From the IMG/VR virus record IMGVR_UViG_3300023176_002545: DNA of 64,000 bases; one strand, written 5' to 3'. This document shows positions 10,182 to 20,779 of the stretch, in pieces (position 1 is the stretch's first letter; every line of letters begins with the position of its first letter). A model generated the notes under the pieces. It worked only from the letters and a program-made list of their open reading frames with translations, was not told the origin of the DNA and did no database searches. This DNA is from a virus. Position numbers and translations under genes: made by a program.

Positions 10182-12281
10182 ATGGCATATACTATTAACT
10201 TTAGTGATACTACAAAAGAACCAATCGTTGTAGACGATCTCACTATTAACGAGCAAACTGATCTTAAATTTATTGGTAAAAACACCGCAGGTTATGCAGT
10301 AGCAACAGGCGAAAACTTCTTGCACTTGCTAGAAAATTTTGCTAACATTGATGCACCTAATAACCCAGTTGAAGGTCAGATGTGGTATAACACTACATCA
10401 AACGTGATGTATGTGTTTGATAGTACACAATGGGTTGAAGTAGGCGGTCTTAAAAAATCAAATTCAAAGCCAACAGCAGCAGAAAGCCAAGAAGGCGACT
10501 TATGGGTTGATGCTGGAACAAAGCAATTATATTTGTTTGCTAACGGTGCTTGGATTCTTGTAGGTCCGCAGTTTAGCGAAGGTAACAAGACAGGTATTAT
10601 TGCTGAAGAAGTTATTGATGTTAACAGTAACGCATATCAGGTAATTAAATTATTCATATCAAATGAACTTGTAGCAGTGTTTAGTTCAGCTGAAGAATCA
10701 TCAGGTGTTCCGTATATACGTCCAAGAACACAGATTCCAGGCTTTGAAGTATTATACAAAGGTTTAACACTTAAAAATGCTACAAGTGGCGAAGCATTTA
10801 AATATTACGGCACAGCAGAACGTGCAGAATCATTAAGTATTGCAGGAAGCACAGTTGCAGCAGCAAACTTTTTAAGAAATGACATCAGCGGTGCTATACA
10901 AGGTAACTTGCGTGTAAAAGCAGATGCTGGTATATTCTTAGGTGAAGAAGGTACATTTAATCTGCGTGTTGCAGGCGGTGAGGGTATCCTTACTAACACT
11001 GTTGACGGTGCAGATATCAAAGTACAGGTTAATAATGCAGGTGTAACACTAACACCTATAACAGTTTCTAACACAGGTAATATTACATTTACAAATGAAT
11101 TAACAGTAGATGGAATTGAAACAAGTAGTCCGATTGTAGTTACAGATAATTCTACAAGTACAAATACTCAAACAGGTTCAATAAGAACTGCCGGCGGCAT
11201 TGGTGTTACAGGAACTTCATACTTTAATGATGTTGTAAAAGTTGCAGGAAATTTAACAACTACAAACCTTGTTACAGAAGGTCAAGGCATACACGATATT
11301 GGTAGCAGCACAAACAAATATAGAAATGTGTATGCAACCAATGTTAATACAACTGTACTAAACGTAGAAACTATTACAGGTAACAACCTAACAATTGAAG
11401 GTAACGTTGAAAGTGCTACGTCATTAGCAAACACAACTACATTTAGAATAACTGGTGATGTTATTAGTAATGACATTACATTTGATGGCACAGCAAACCT
11501 TCAAGGTCAGTTTTTACAAGAATTTGAAGCATCACTTGGTCCTGATCTAATTGCTAATAAATCGCTATTGCCACAAGGTGATATTGACAAAGAGGCTGAC
11601 GAAGTTCTTATTAACGATGTTGGTGATAGTTTAAAGAAAACAACCGTACAAAATTTATTAAGTCTAGTATTAGGAACTGTTCCTGTAGGTACAATTTTAC
11701 CATGGGCTGGTGACTTTTCTAACACTGCTACAAGACCTAGCGAAAACTGGTTACTATGTGATGGTAGCCAAGTTAGCCAAACCAAATATAACGAACTTTT
11801 TAATGTACTTGGTGGAGCAAACAATTTATATCCGCAGGTAACTCCAGCGGATCCAGGTAACTTTTATCTTCCAGACTTAAGAGGAAGAATGGTACTTGGT
11901 GTAGATACAATGAACAATGTTAGTGGAACAGGAGGCGGTGCCGCTAACAGAATTACAAATAACGCAGCAGCCGCAGTTGGTAGAACAGGTGGTGCTGAAT
12001 CAAGAGTCTTGAGCGTTACTAATCTACCAGACCACTCACACAACATGGAAAGTACAACAGGGCAACCTTTCTATGCTTACAGAGACTATAACGACGGTAC
12101 AACAGGTGACGGTGTGTCAACAACAGCGTCAGGAACTATAACAGACGGAGCTCAGCTATCGTCTAATGCAGGTGGTGTTGTAGCAACAGATGGTAGTGAT
12201 GTAACTACAGGAAATCCGCTAAACGTGCTTAACCCATACATGGCTCTTAACTACATAATTTACGCTGGGGAAGTTACATAA
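10182..12281 (+). CDS. Tail fibre protein with tail-collar domain, 699 aa
   Basis: Collar signature PVGTILPWAG...WLLCDGSQVSQTKYNELFNVLG...FYLPDLRGR; C-terminal NPYMALNYII as in gp12-like short fibres; N-terminal module shared with the next two genes. Confidence 0.8.
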   Translation: MAYTINFSDTTKEPIVVDDLTINEQTDLKFIGKNTAGYAVATGENFLHLLENFANIDAPNNPVEGQMWYNTTSNVMYVFDSTQWVEVGGLKKSNSKPTAAESQEGDLWVDAGTKQLYLFANGAWILVGPQFSEGNKTGIIAEEVIDVNSNAYQVIKLFISNELVAVFSSAEESSGVPYIRPRTQIPGFEVLYKGLTLKNATSGEAFKYYGTAERAESLSIAGSTVAAANFLRNDISGAIQGNLRVKADAGIFLGEEGTFNLRVAGGEGILTNTVDGADIKVQVNNAGVTLTPITVSNTGNITFTNELTVDGIETSSPIVVTDNSTSTNTQTGSIRTAGGIGVTGTSYFNDVVKVAGNLTTTNLVTEGQGIHDIGSSTNKYRNVYATNVNTTVLNVETITGNNLTIEGNVESATSLANTTTFRITGDVISNDITFDGTANLQGQFLQEFEASLGPDLIANKSLLPQGDIDKEADEVLINDVGDSLKKTTVQNLLSLVLGTVPVGTILPWAGDFSNTATRPSENWLLCDGSQVSQTKYNELFNVLGGANNLYPQVTPADPGNFYLPDLRGRMVLGVDTMNNVSGTGGGAANRITNNAAAAVGRTGGAESRVLSVTNLPDHSHNMESTTGQPFYAYRDYNDGTTGDGVSTTASGTITDGAQLSSNAGGVVATDGSDVTTGNPLNVLNPYMALNYIIYAGEVT

Positions 12282-15200
12282 TGGCATATAGAATTAATAG
12301 AACAGATGGCACATTAATTACTGAAGTAATTGACGGTACTATTGATAGCAACAGTATTGACATAACACTTATTGGTAGAAACTATGCCGGATTTGGTGAA
12401 ATACTAAACGAAAACTTTGTAAAACTACTTGAAAACTTTGCAAGTTCAACTAGTCCAAGAAATCCATTGCAAGGTCAACTTTGGTATGACAAAAATGAAA
12501 ACCGTTTAAAAATTTATGACGGTAGCACATTTAGAGCAGGTGCTGGACCAATTGTTTCAGAATCACAACCAGGCGGACTTGTTGCTGGCGACATTTGGAT
12601 GGACAGTGCAGAAAACCAAATGTGGTTCTATGATGGATCTGATCTTACACTAGCTGGTCCAGTTTATAAAAGAACACAAGGTTTAAGTGGATTTCTTGTA
12701 AGAACTATCCGTGATGATCAGTTACAGCCAGTAACTATTACTGAAGTTTGGGCAGGCGGCACTTTCTTAGGTGCATACTCTCCTAAAAACTTTGTTCCTC
12801 TAGCAAATGAAAGATCTGAGCTTGGTGATAACATATATGCCGGTTTTAACGCAAGCACAGTACAAACATTTACAAACAACAATGTAACAGTTGACACAGC
12901 TAAATTTTTATTAGATGCACAAGGAATTAAACGTGATGCAAGTCAATTCCTACCAACATACAGAGATGGTACTATCAATGGTAGACTAACAGTAGCAGAC
13001 AACAACGGTATTGTTATTGGTTCACAAGGACAAGTAACACACAGTATGTCAAGTGAACGTTACTCAATTGTTAACAATAGAAGTAACCAATCAATGGCAG
13101 TTAGTGTTAGTGTTAATGGTATTAGAGAAAATGCTATTACTATAGATACTCCTAACAGAGCACTTGGTGTATTTGAATCATCTCCTCAACACACACTTGA
13201 TGTTGGCGGTGATGCAAGAATTCAAGGTAACCTAACAGTTGAAGGTGCAACAACTACAATTAGTTCAGTTGAACTAGTAGTTCAAGATGCTAACATTGTA
13301 CTTGGTCAAGGTGCAATTACACCAGCAGACGTTAATGGCGGCGGTATTACACTATCAGCAGCAAATGCACAAATTACTTATGATTCTTCAGACTCAGGTT
13401 ATTGGCACAGTAACATAGATTGGGATCTTGCTTCAGGCAAGTCTTATTATATCAATGGCATAAAAGTTTTAGATAGCACATCTTTAGGTGCTGGTGTTTT
13501 AACATCTAATCTACAGCAAGTTGGTACACTAGCTGATCTACATATTACAGATGCAAATGGTTTATATTTAAACAACAGTACAATATCATCTGTAAACAAT
13601 GTTGTTATTGATAGCACATCTGGAGCAATTATCTTAGGTCAATTAGGATTAAGAGAATTGCAAATTAAAAACATGGCTAATCCAACAGCCGCTCAAGATG
13701 CAACAACTAAACAATATGTTGATACACTTGTTGCAGCAAACGCTGGTGTTAACACTGTTAACGGATTAGGCGGCCAAGCATTGCTAGACTCAAACAGAAT
13801 GCCAGAAGGTACACAAGGCGATGCACTGTTTTGGAATGGTGTTGAATGGACAACAGCAGTTTATACTAACGGACTTGATGGTATAAGTCAAGACCTAAAC
13901 AGAAAATATTACACAGATGAGCGTGTACAACAGTATCTAACTACAAACAATTATACAACCACAACATATGTTAATACAATACGTGATAATATTCTTGGAT
14001 TACCTACTCCTCCAAGCAATATGAATACTCTTGCAGAAATTTCTGCAAGTATTAATGACGATCCAGATTTTAAAGGCTACGTTGATGCACAAGTTGCAAC
14101 ACGTATTAGTGCTGGTGTAAACGTTTTTGCTGGTGTTGGACTTGTTGATGCAGGTAATACACAGTTAACTGGCGACATTACAATTAACGTTGGTGCTGGC
14201 AATGGTATTATTGCTACTGCTAATGAAATCCGTGTTGACATGACAGTGTTTGATACTGACGATCTAACAGAAGGTACACTAAATCAATACTTTACAGCAC
14301 TTCGTGCTAGACAAGCACTTTCAGGTGCAACAGGTGTTACTTACAGCAGTACAACTGGTACCATTGCTATTGGACAAGACGTTGCTACATCAGCAACACC
14401 AACATTTAATGGTATAACAACTACTGGTAATACTATCTTAGGTGGTACTACAACACAAATTAACTCAGCAAACGTTAGACTTGCTGGTACAACAATATTA
14501 ATGAACTCCGATGAAACGGCAGCACCAACAGCAAACGTTGACTTTACAATTGAACGTGGTACTGCTAACAACGTAGCAATACGTTGGAACGAAGCAAGCG
14601 ATCAGTGGGAGTTCTCAAACAACGGTATTACATATACACCACTAGGTAGTGCTAGTGTGTTTACTGGCGACACTGATGGTGTTCCTGAAGGTATAGGTAA
14701 CCTATACTACACTGATGCAAGAGCAAGAGCTGCATTAAGCGGTGGCACTGGCGTAACATACAACAACACAACAGGTGTTATTGCAATTGGACAAGATGTT
14801 GCTACAAATGCTACAGTAAGTTTTGGTGGAGTAAACGTATTAGGCGGCCTTGTAGATACAGATACTTTAGTAGTTTCTACAAGTGCAGAAATAAACAGTT
14901 TGCTTATCTCTAGCAACGAAATAACACACAAACTAGCAACAGGTAATGTTGTTATTAAAGGTGCCGGTGGCGGCGTAGTAGATTTCCAAAGTCCAACAGT
15001 TGGACTAGATACATTTAGCTCAAGATTTACTACTGACGCAATTGAAATCAACGGCAATAAAATACAAACAACAGTTTCTAGTGCAGACCTTGAATTTGAT
15101 GCTAACGGCGGCGGACGAGTTAGAGTATTAACTAGTTTTGTAGTTGACGGAGATCTTATAGTAAATGGAACAACTACAACTGTAGACTCTACAACAGTTA

Positions 15201-18200
15201 GTATTGCAGATAATATTATTACACTTAATAGTAATGCTACAGGTGCTCCGGTTCTAAATGCAGGTATTGAAGTTAACAGAGGTAACTCATTAACTACAGC
15301 ACTACGTTGGAATGAAGCAAGCGACAAATGGGAAGCTACTGAAGACGGAACTAGTTACTTTACTATTCCTTCAACTTCAACTGATCTAGTAGAAGGTACA
15401 AATCTATACTATACTCAAACACGTTTTGATAATGCATTTGCAAATAAAACCACAGACAACTTAGGCGAAGGTCTAACTAATCTTTACTACACAACTACAA
15501 GATTCCAAGCAGACTTTGCAGGATCAAATACTAACCAATTGCCAGAAGGCACTACAAGTCTTTACTTTACAGACGCTAGAGCAAGAGCTGCTATTAGTGT
15601 AACTGGCGACGGTAGTTATGATCCAAACACAGGTATTATCACTATTGATTCACCTGTTGACAGTGTAAATGGACTAACTGGTGTTGTTACACTAACATCA
15701 AATGATGTTTCAGAAGGCAACGTTAATAGATACTTTACAGAAGCTAGAGCAAGATTAAGTCTTGCAGGTGGTACTGGTGTTACTTACAATAACGCAACTG
15801 GTAACATAGCAATTGGGCAAGCAGTTGAAACAACTTCAAATGTAGTATTTGGCGGTGTAACTTCAACAGGTAATGTAGATGTTGGGTCACAAGCAGGTGG
15901 CGGTGGTGCTGGTGGTGCTAAGATAGACATACACAAAGACAATAGTACACTAGACTTTGTTGGAACCGGTCATCTTACACTGCATGGTTATACAGATCCT
16001 AACTTTAAACTAACACTTGGTTATGAAACTAACTCAGACTTTGCATACATACAGGCAGGTTATAACAGTACTGCAACAAATAACTGGAAAACACTAGTTA
16101 TTAACCCTAATGGTGATAATAATTCAGGTAGAGTTGCAATTGGTAAAACTACAGCACAAGCATTGCTTGATGTAAACGGTACTGTAAAAGCACTGGCAAT
16201 TGATACAAATTCACTTAACGTTTCTGAATTAGAAATTTCTGGAACACTAAACTTTAAAGATAACATTATTTCAACAGTCAGTACCAACGCTGATATTGAA
16301 CTAAGACCTGCAGGAACTGGTAATGTTTACTTACCAACTTCTAAATTAGGTATTGGTTATGATCCTATTATTTCAGGTGCTACACCTAGACCATTAAGTT
16401 ATGCACTAGACGTTGATGGCGGCTCAGATGATGTTGTAGGTAGAATTAAAAATACTATTTCAACAACAGACCCTGGTCCTTATTTTAACATTTATAGAGA
16501 TTCACCTAACCCGGCTGACGGAGACTTTATTGGCGGTGTACAACTTACAGGTAACGATAACTTAGGTACTGAAGTTGCATTTGTTAAATTAAGATCTCAA
16601 ATTGCAGACTTTACAAGTTCAACCAAAGCATCTACTTTTATAATTGAAAACTATAAAAACAATGCTTATGTACAACATGTATTTGGCAACGATGAAATTG
16701 TTTTCAACGAAACAGGTGCCGATCTTAACTTCCGTGTAGAAGGAAACGGTGCACCAGATGCATTATTTGTACAAGGTTCAGATGGTAACGTAGGTTTTGG
16801 TACACAGAGTCCAGTACAACGTGTTGACATTAACGGTAACTTAGGTATTGGTAGCGTTGAAGTTATTACTTCTGGTAGAAGTTTAACTAATATTGTTGAC
16901 TATAGTGCAACTGGACAACTACAAATTAGTGGTTCAGCTACACTTGGTGACCTAACATATGCATCAAACCATGCTATGAATGGTAGTGTTACATTTAGTG
17001 ATAATACAAGTTCAATGGTTATTGATGGTTCAGAAATGCGTTCACAGGGTGGCATTACTGTAAGACTTGACACTGACGTTTCAGGCGGTGCTAACGAATA
17101 CTTTAAAGTTATTAACAACGGTGGAACAGAACTATTCAGTGTTAATTCAAGTACAGGTGTTAGTAAATTTGCTAATGCATTTAGCATTCCAGCAGTAGAT
17201 GGTGCATCTAACCAGGCACTTATTACTAATGGATTGGGTGCAGTTACTTGGCAAACTATTAGTTCAACTATTGTTGCAGAAGGTACCAACCTATACTGGA
17301 CACAAAACAGATTTGATACAGCTCTATCTAACAAAACAACTACAAACCTAGGTGAAGGTTTGAACTTGTACTATACTGATGCAAGAGTCCAATCAAAACT
17401 TGCAGCTATTACTGGTTCATTAGCACCAAGTTCAAATGCTACATATGATATAGGTTCACAGATCAACAACTTCCGTACTATGTACCTTAGTACTGGACTT
17501 GGAATTGGTCTAAACACTGCTCTTTCCGCAGAAATACATGTTAGCGGTACAGGCGATCAAGAAATTAGAGCTCAAAGCACTAGTGCAGGCGATGCTATCT
17601 TCCAAGGTATTGGTAGTGGAGCAGGCAAAGGCGGACGCTTTAAAGGTAATCCAGACACTTATATAGGCGGTGCCAACTCAGGTAGCATTTATTTTGAAAG
17701 CGGATTAACTGAAATTATGCGTATGAACTCAAGTCAGTTCATTGTAGGTGGCGGTGCATTTAGTGATACACAAAACCGTGTAATGATTTCAACCAGTGGC
17801 GACATGCAGTTTGGTACAAACACCACTGCACTCCGCACAGTACAGAGCTTTAGAAATGCTAATGGTGAAATAGGTAGTATTACTACTAACGGATCAACCA
17901 CAGCGTTTAACACAACATCGGATTATCGTTTAAAAGACGAAATAGGTTCTATTGACGATGCTGTTGAACGTGTAAAAGCACTAAGACCAATCAAGTTTAC
18001 ATATCTAGCTGATACTGAAGAGCTAGTACATGATGGTTTTATAGCACATGAAGTACAAGAAATTGTACCAAATGCAGTATATGGTGAAAAAGATGCTGTT
18101 GAAGAAGACGGCCGTGTTAAAGCACAGCAGTTAGATCACAGTAAACTTGTGCCTGTACTAACTAGTGCATTGCAAGAAGCGTTAAATAAGATAGACGAGC

Positions 18201-18235
18201 TCGAAGCTCGCCTAGCAAAGTTGGAAAACAAATAA
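12281..18235 (+). CDS. Long tail fibre with C-terminal intramolecular chaperone (peptidase S74-like), 1984 aa
   Basis: C-terminal TSDYRLK..I..AVERVKALRP..F.Y...GFIAHEVQEIVP followed by a coiled coil (LQEALNKIDELEARL); G/T/N-rich repetitive body. Confidence 0.85.
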   Translation: MAYRINRTDGTLITEVIDGTIDSNSIDITLIGRNYAGFGEILNENFVKLLENFASSTSPRNPLQGQLWYDKNENRLKIYDGSTFRAGAGPIVSESQPGGLVAGDIWMDSAENQMWFYDGSDLTLAGPVYKRTQGLSGFLVRTIRDDQLQPVTITEVWAGGTFLGAYSPKNFVPLANERSELGDNIYAGFNASTVQTFTNNNVTVDTAKFLLDAQGIKRDASQFLPTYRDGTINGRLTVADNNGIVIGSQGQVTHSMSSERYSIVNNRSNQSMAVSVSVNGIRENAITIDTPNRALGVFESSPQHTLDVGGDARIQGNLTVEGATTTISSVELVVQDANIVLGQGAITPADVNGGGITLSAANAQITYDSSDSGYWHSNIDWDLASGKSYYINGIKVLDSTSLGAGVLTSNLQQVGTLADLHITDANGLYLNNSTISSVNNVVIDSTSGAIILGQLGLRELQIKNMANPTAAQDATTKQYVDTLVAANAGVNTVNGLGGQALLDSNRMPEGTQGDALFWNGVEWTTAVYTNGLDGISQDLNRKYYTDERVQQYLTTNNYTTTTYVNTIRDNILGLPTPPSNMNTLAEISASINDDPDFKGYVDAQVATRISAGVNVFAGVGLVDAGNTQLTGDITINVGAGNGIIATANEIRVDMTVFDTDDLTEGTLNQYFTALRARQALSGATGVTYSSTTGTIAIGQDVATSATPTFNGITTTGNTILGGTTTQINSANVRLAGTTILMNSDETAAPTANVDFTIERGTANNVAIRWNEASDQWEFSNNGITYTPLGSASVFTGDTDGVPEGIGNLYYTDARARAALSGGTGVTYNNTTGVIAIGQDVATNATVSFGGVNVLGGLVDTDTLVVSTSAEINSLLISSNEITHKLATGNVVIKGAGGGVVDFQSPTVGLDTFSSRFTTDAIEINGNKIQTTVSSADLEFDANGGGRVRVLTSFVVDGDLIVNGTTTTVDSTTVSIADNIITLNSNATGAPVLNAGIEVNRGNSLTTALRWNEASDKWEATEDGTSYFTIPSTSTDLVEGTNLYYTQTRFDNAFANKTTDNLGEGLTNLYYTTTRFQADFAGSNTNQLPEGTTSLYFTDARARAAISVTGDGSYDPNTGIITIDSPVDSVNGLTGVVTLTSNDVSEGNVNRYFTEARARLSLAGGTGVTYNNATGNIAIGQAVETTSNVVFGGVTSTGNVDVGSQAGGGGAGGAKIDIHKDNSTLDFVGTGHLTLHGYTDPNFKLTLGYETNSDFAYIQAGYNSTATNNWKTLVINPNGDNNSGRVAIGKTTAQALLDVNGTVKALAIDTNSLNVSELEISGTLNFKDNIISTVSTNADIELRPAGTGNVYLPTSKLGIGYDPIISGATPRPLSYALDVDGGSDDVVGRIKNTISTTDPGPYFNIYRDSPNPADGDFIGGVQLTGNDNLGTEVAFVKLRSQIADFTSSTKASTFIIENYKNNAYVQHVFGNDEIVFNETGADLNFRVEGNGAPDALFVQGSDGNVGFGTQSPVQRVDINGNLGIGSVEVITSGRSLTNIVDYSATGQLQISGSATLGDLTYASNHAMNGSVTFSDNTSSMVIDGSEMRSQGGITVRLDTDVSGGANEYFKVINNGGTELFSVNSSTGVSKFANAFSIPAVDGASNQALITNGLGAVTWQTISSTIVAEGTNLYWTQNRFDTALSNKTTTNLGEGLNLYYTDARVQSKLAAITGSLAPSSNATYDIGSQINNFRTMYLSTGLGIGLNTALSAEIHVSGTGDQEIRAQSTSAGDAIFQGIGSGAGKGGRFKGNPDTYIGGANSGSIYFESGLTEIMRMNSSQFIVGGGAFSDTQNRVMISTSGDMQFGTNTTALRTVQSFRNANGEIGSITTNGSTTAFNTTSDYRLKDEIGSIDDAVERVKALRPIKFTYLADTEELVHDGFIAHEVQEIVPNAVYGEKDAVEEDGRVKAQQLDHSKLVPVLTSALQEALNKIDELEARLAKLENK
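14252..17395 (+). repeat. Dispersed protein-level repeats in the long fibre: T(D/N).L.EG..NLY(Y/F)T..R, often followed by A.SG.TGVTY...TG.IAIGQ
   Basis: About 8 recognisable copies (near 14252, 14669, three at 15375-15600, 15690, two at 17260-17395), diverged at DNA level. Also two copies of ...ERG/NRG...RWNEASD.WE (about 14550 and 15275). Confidence 0.75.
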
Positions 18236-18238
18236 ATA
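18233..18238 (+). promoter_or_regulatory. TAAATA putative late-promoter core overlapping the TAA stop
   Basis: Same stop-overlapping arrangement as 9541; 33 nt upstream of the next ATG. Confidence 0.4.
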
Positions 18239-18271
18239 CAATAGAACAAACACATTAGGGGTCCAAAAGAA

Positions 18272-19765
18272 ATGGCGTACACAATAAACAGTTTTACCGG
18301 TGTTAACAATGATATTACCATTGAAGACGGTACAGTAAATCAAGCAACTTCCCTAAAAATGATCGGCAAAAACTATGCTGGTTATGGCGAGTTGCAAAAT
18401 GAAAATTTTTACCACCTGCTAGAAAACTTTGCAGGAACAGGAGAACCTGCTCGCAAAGTTACTGGTATGATTTGGTATGATGCAACAGAAAACAGAATTA
18501 GATTTTATGACGGACAAAGATTCCGCCCTGCTTCAGGTGCAGAAGTTAGTACTTCGCAACCAGAAGGACAAACAGCAGGCGATTTTTGGTTTGACAGTGC
18601 AAACGATCAAGTATTTGTTTACACAGGAAACCAATATGTACTCGTAGGTCCACAAACAACTTCACAAGGTCAAGTTACACAGCTAGAAACAGGATTTGCA
18701 AAATCATCTTACGACGGATCCCTAAAACCAATAGTAAGAGCATTTGTAAACGGTGATGTAATTTTTACTATTTCACAAGAGTCATTTCCAATTAACACAG
18801 CTGAAACTGAAAACCTTGACTTGTTAAACTTTACTGAAGTTAAATCAGGTATTACACTAAGAACAACAGGATCAACAGGCTTTACATCAGGACCTACACG
18901 TTTTTGGGGTACTGCAAGTGCTGCTGAAAAACTTGTTGTTAACGGTGCTATTTTTGACTCATCAGAGTTTGTTCAAAAAAATAATCCGGAAATGCTTGCA
19001 CAAACACGTATTCGTGCAGAAGGCAGCAGCGGCGGCCTAACAATTGGTAGTGCTGACACATTTAAGATTTACAACAATGGCAACGTTGCAGTTATTAACA
19101 ACAATGGCGGTACTGACATTGCATTTGCAGACAGTAGTGCTACACGTTTTAGAGTAAGTGCTAATATTTTCAAACCAGAAACTAATGGTACACACGATTT
19201 AGGTGAATCAGGCACTAGATTTAGAGCAATTTATGCAAATACTATTGATGGTACAGTTACACAAGCACAAACATTAGAATATGATGGATTAGGATCAGGA
19301 AATTATGCACAAGCACAAGTTGCTGATAGTCCTTTAACTATTCCTGTACGTGATGGAAGTGGTACTGTATTTGCTACAACATTTAATGGTGTTTCAACTT
19401 CAGCACAATATGCTGACTTGGCAGAAAAATATACAACAAGCGGAGACTTACCAGTCGGAACAGCAGTTGCAGTATGTGGACATGACGATCATGAAGTAGA
19501 TCCTGCAAACGCAGGCGATATTTGTATTGGTGTTGTATCAGCAGAACCAGCATATTTGATGAACAGCGAAGCAGAAGGTCAAGCAATTGGTCTTAAAGGT
19601 CGTGTTCCTGTAAGGGTAAAAGGACCTGTGAAAAAAGGTCAACCAATATATGCTTGGGAAAATGGTGTATGCGGAACAACAGCCGCTACAGCTTTGGTAG
19701 GTATTGCACTTGAATCTAACAGTGAAGAAGGTGAGAAGCTAGTTGAATGCGTACTAAAGGTGTAA
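18272..19765 (+). CDS. Tail fibre protein, 497 aa
   Basis: Shared N-terminal module (IGKNYAGYGE..NENF.HLLENFA...WYD); C-terminal AQYADLAEKY...GRVPVRVKG module seen at fibre C-termini. Confidence 0.75.
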   Translation: MAYTINSFTGVNNDITIEDGTVNQATSLKMIGKNYAGYGELQNENFYHLLENFAGTGEPARKVTGMIWYDATENRIRFYDGQRFRPASGAEVSTSQPEGQTAGDFWFDSANDQVFVYTGNQYVLVGPQTTSQGQVTQLETGFAKSSYDGSLKPIVRAFVNGDVIFTISQESFPINTAETENLDLLNFTEVKSGITLRTTGSTGFTSGPTRFWGTASAAEKLVVNGAIFDSSEFVQKNNPEMLAQTRIRAEGSSGGLTIGSADTFKIYNNGNVAVINNNGGTDIAFADSSATRFRVSANIFKPETNGTHDLGESGTRFRAIYANTIDGTVTQAQTLEYDGLGSGNYAQAQVADSPLTIPVRDGSGTVFATTFNGVSTSAQYADLAEKYTTSGDLPVGTAVAVCGHDDHEVDPANAGDICIGVVSAEPAYLMNSEAEGQAIGLKGRVPVRVKGPVKKGQPIYAWENGVCGTTAATALVGIALESNSEEGEKLVECVLKV

Positions 19766-19768
19766 ACA

Positions 19769-20770
19769 ATGGCAAAAATAACAGCAGAAGCGTTTAATAG
19801 ACTAAGAACACAGATATTAAACATTGTTAACAACAACGATTTTAATAGTAACCCTGAATTAAATGTTAATTACGGCGGATATGGGCAGAATTATACTATT
19901 AATGCTGCACAAAGCGGTTCTGTTATTGGCTACGAAGAACACAAACAACTCTACGATGCAATCGTAGCAGCAAGAGTACACCAAACTGGTGCTATTCCTA
20001 CAACACTTTCAGCAGTTGATCCACTTGATATTATTGGCGATGACGCTACATATAAACTAGATCCAGTAACTAAACAGATTGTTGTTGATGATAGCCTTGC
20101 AGGTTATGATGATATTGAACTAGAAATACAAAGAGCTAAAAACGGTCTTAACAACGGACTGCATGCACTAGGTTCAAGATCAGAATTTGACAAACTAAGT
20201 ACTTCTCGTGCAGACCCATGGGGCAATGATGCTACTACACAAAGTATTGATTGTGAATTTTCAATAGACTTTGGTACTTTTGAATCAGCAAGACGCTTTT
20301 GGAATACCGGAGGCGAAATTAGAATTACTGGTCAACATGCAAACGCATCAGATGCAAAAAACCAATCATGGATTGACCTATTCAGTAACTTTAGTTATTA
20401 CATGAAAGCAAGAAGTTCTGCAGGTACAGCAGGCTCAATTAACGAAGGTTGGTCAGGACTAACTAACACTTATCAGCAAGTAGGTTTTTGGTCTGTTTCA
20501 ACTAATTCACTTTATGCAGAAAACTATGTAAAAATAGAAGCAAAAACAGAACAAGCACTAAACACTAACGGAACAGCAAGATTTTTATACATTAAAGTAA
20601 CATGCGTTGATGCTGACGTGGGCGACGGCGATGCATTTACACCACCAATTCCAGTAGACGAACCTGTACAACCTGGAACAACTATAACACTATCAGAATT
20701 TAGGGCAAACACAGTTTATATTACAGCAGTATCACCAGTCGTGACATTCGCTGGCGGCAATACATTATAA
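19769..20770 (+). CDS. Putative virion structural protein, 333 aa
   Basis: Paralogous to the next gene (FN.LR...YG...R.HQ...F(W/F)..GG.(I/V)...K...W); structural operon context. Confidence 0.6.
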   Translation: MAKITAEAFNRLRTQILNIVNNNDFNSNPELNVNYGGYGQNYTINAAQSGSVIGYEEHKQLYDAIVAARVHQTGAIPTTLSAVDPLDIIGDDATYKLDPVTKQIVVDDSLAGYDDIELEIQRAKNGLNNGLHALGSRSEFDKLSTSRADPWGNDATTQSIDCEFSIDFGTFESARRFWNTGGEIRITGQHANASDAKNQSWIDLFSNFSYYMKARSSAGTAGSINEGWSGLTNTYQQVGFWSVSTNSLYAENYVKIEAKTEQALNTNGTARFLYIKVTCVDADVGDGDAFTPPIPVDEPVQPGTTITLSEFRANTVYITAVSPVVTFAGGNTL

Positions 20771-20779
20771 GGTGACCTA

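Noticed and set aside
3870-17334. Antisense ORFs of 100-200 aa within structural genes (3870-4298, 9108-9500, 14707-15327, 16900-17334)
   Set aside because: Shadows of T/A-ending codon bias in Gly/Thr/Val-rich genes; no independent support.
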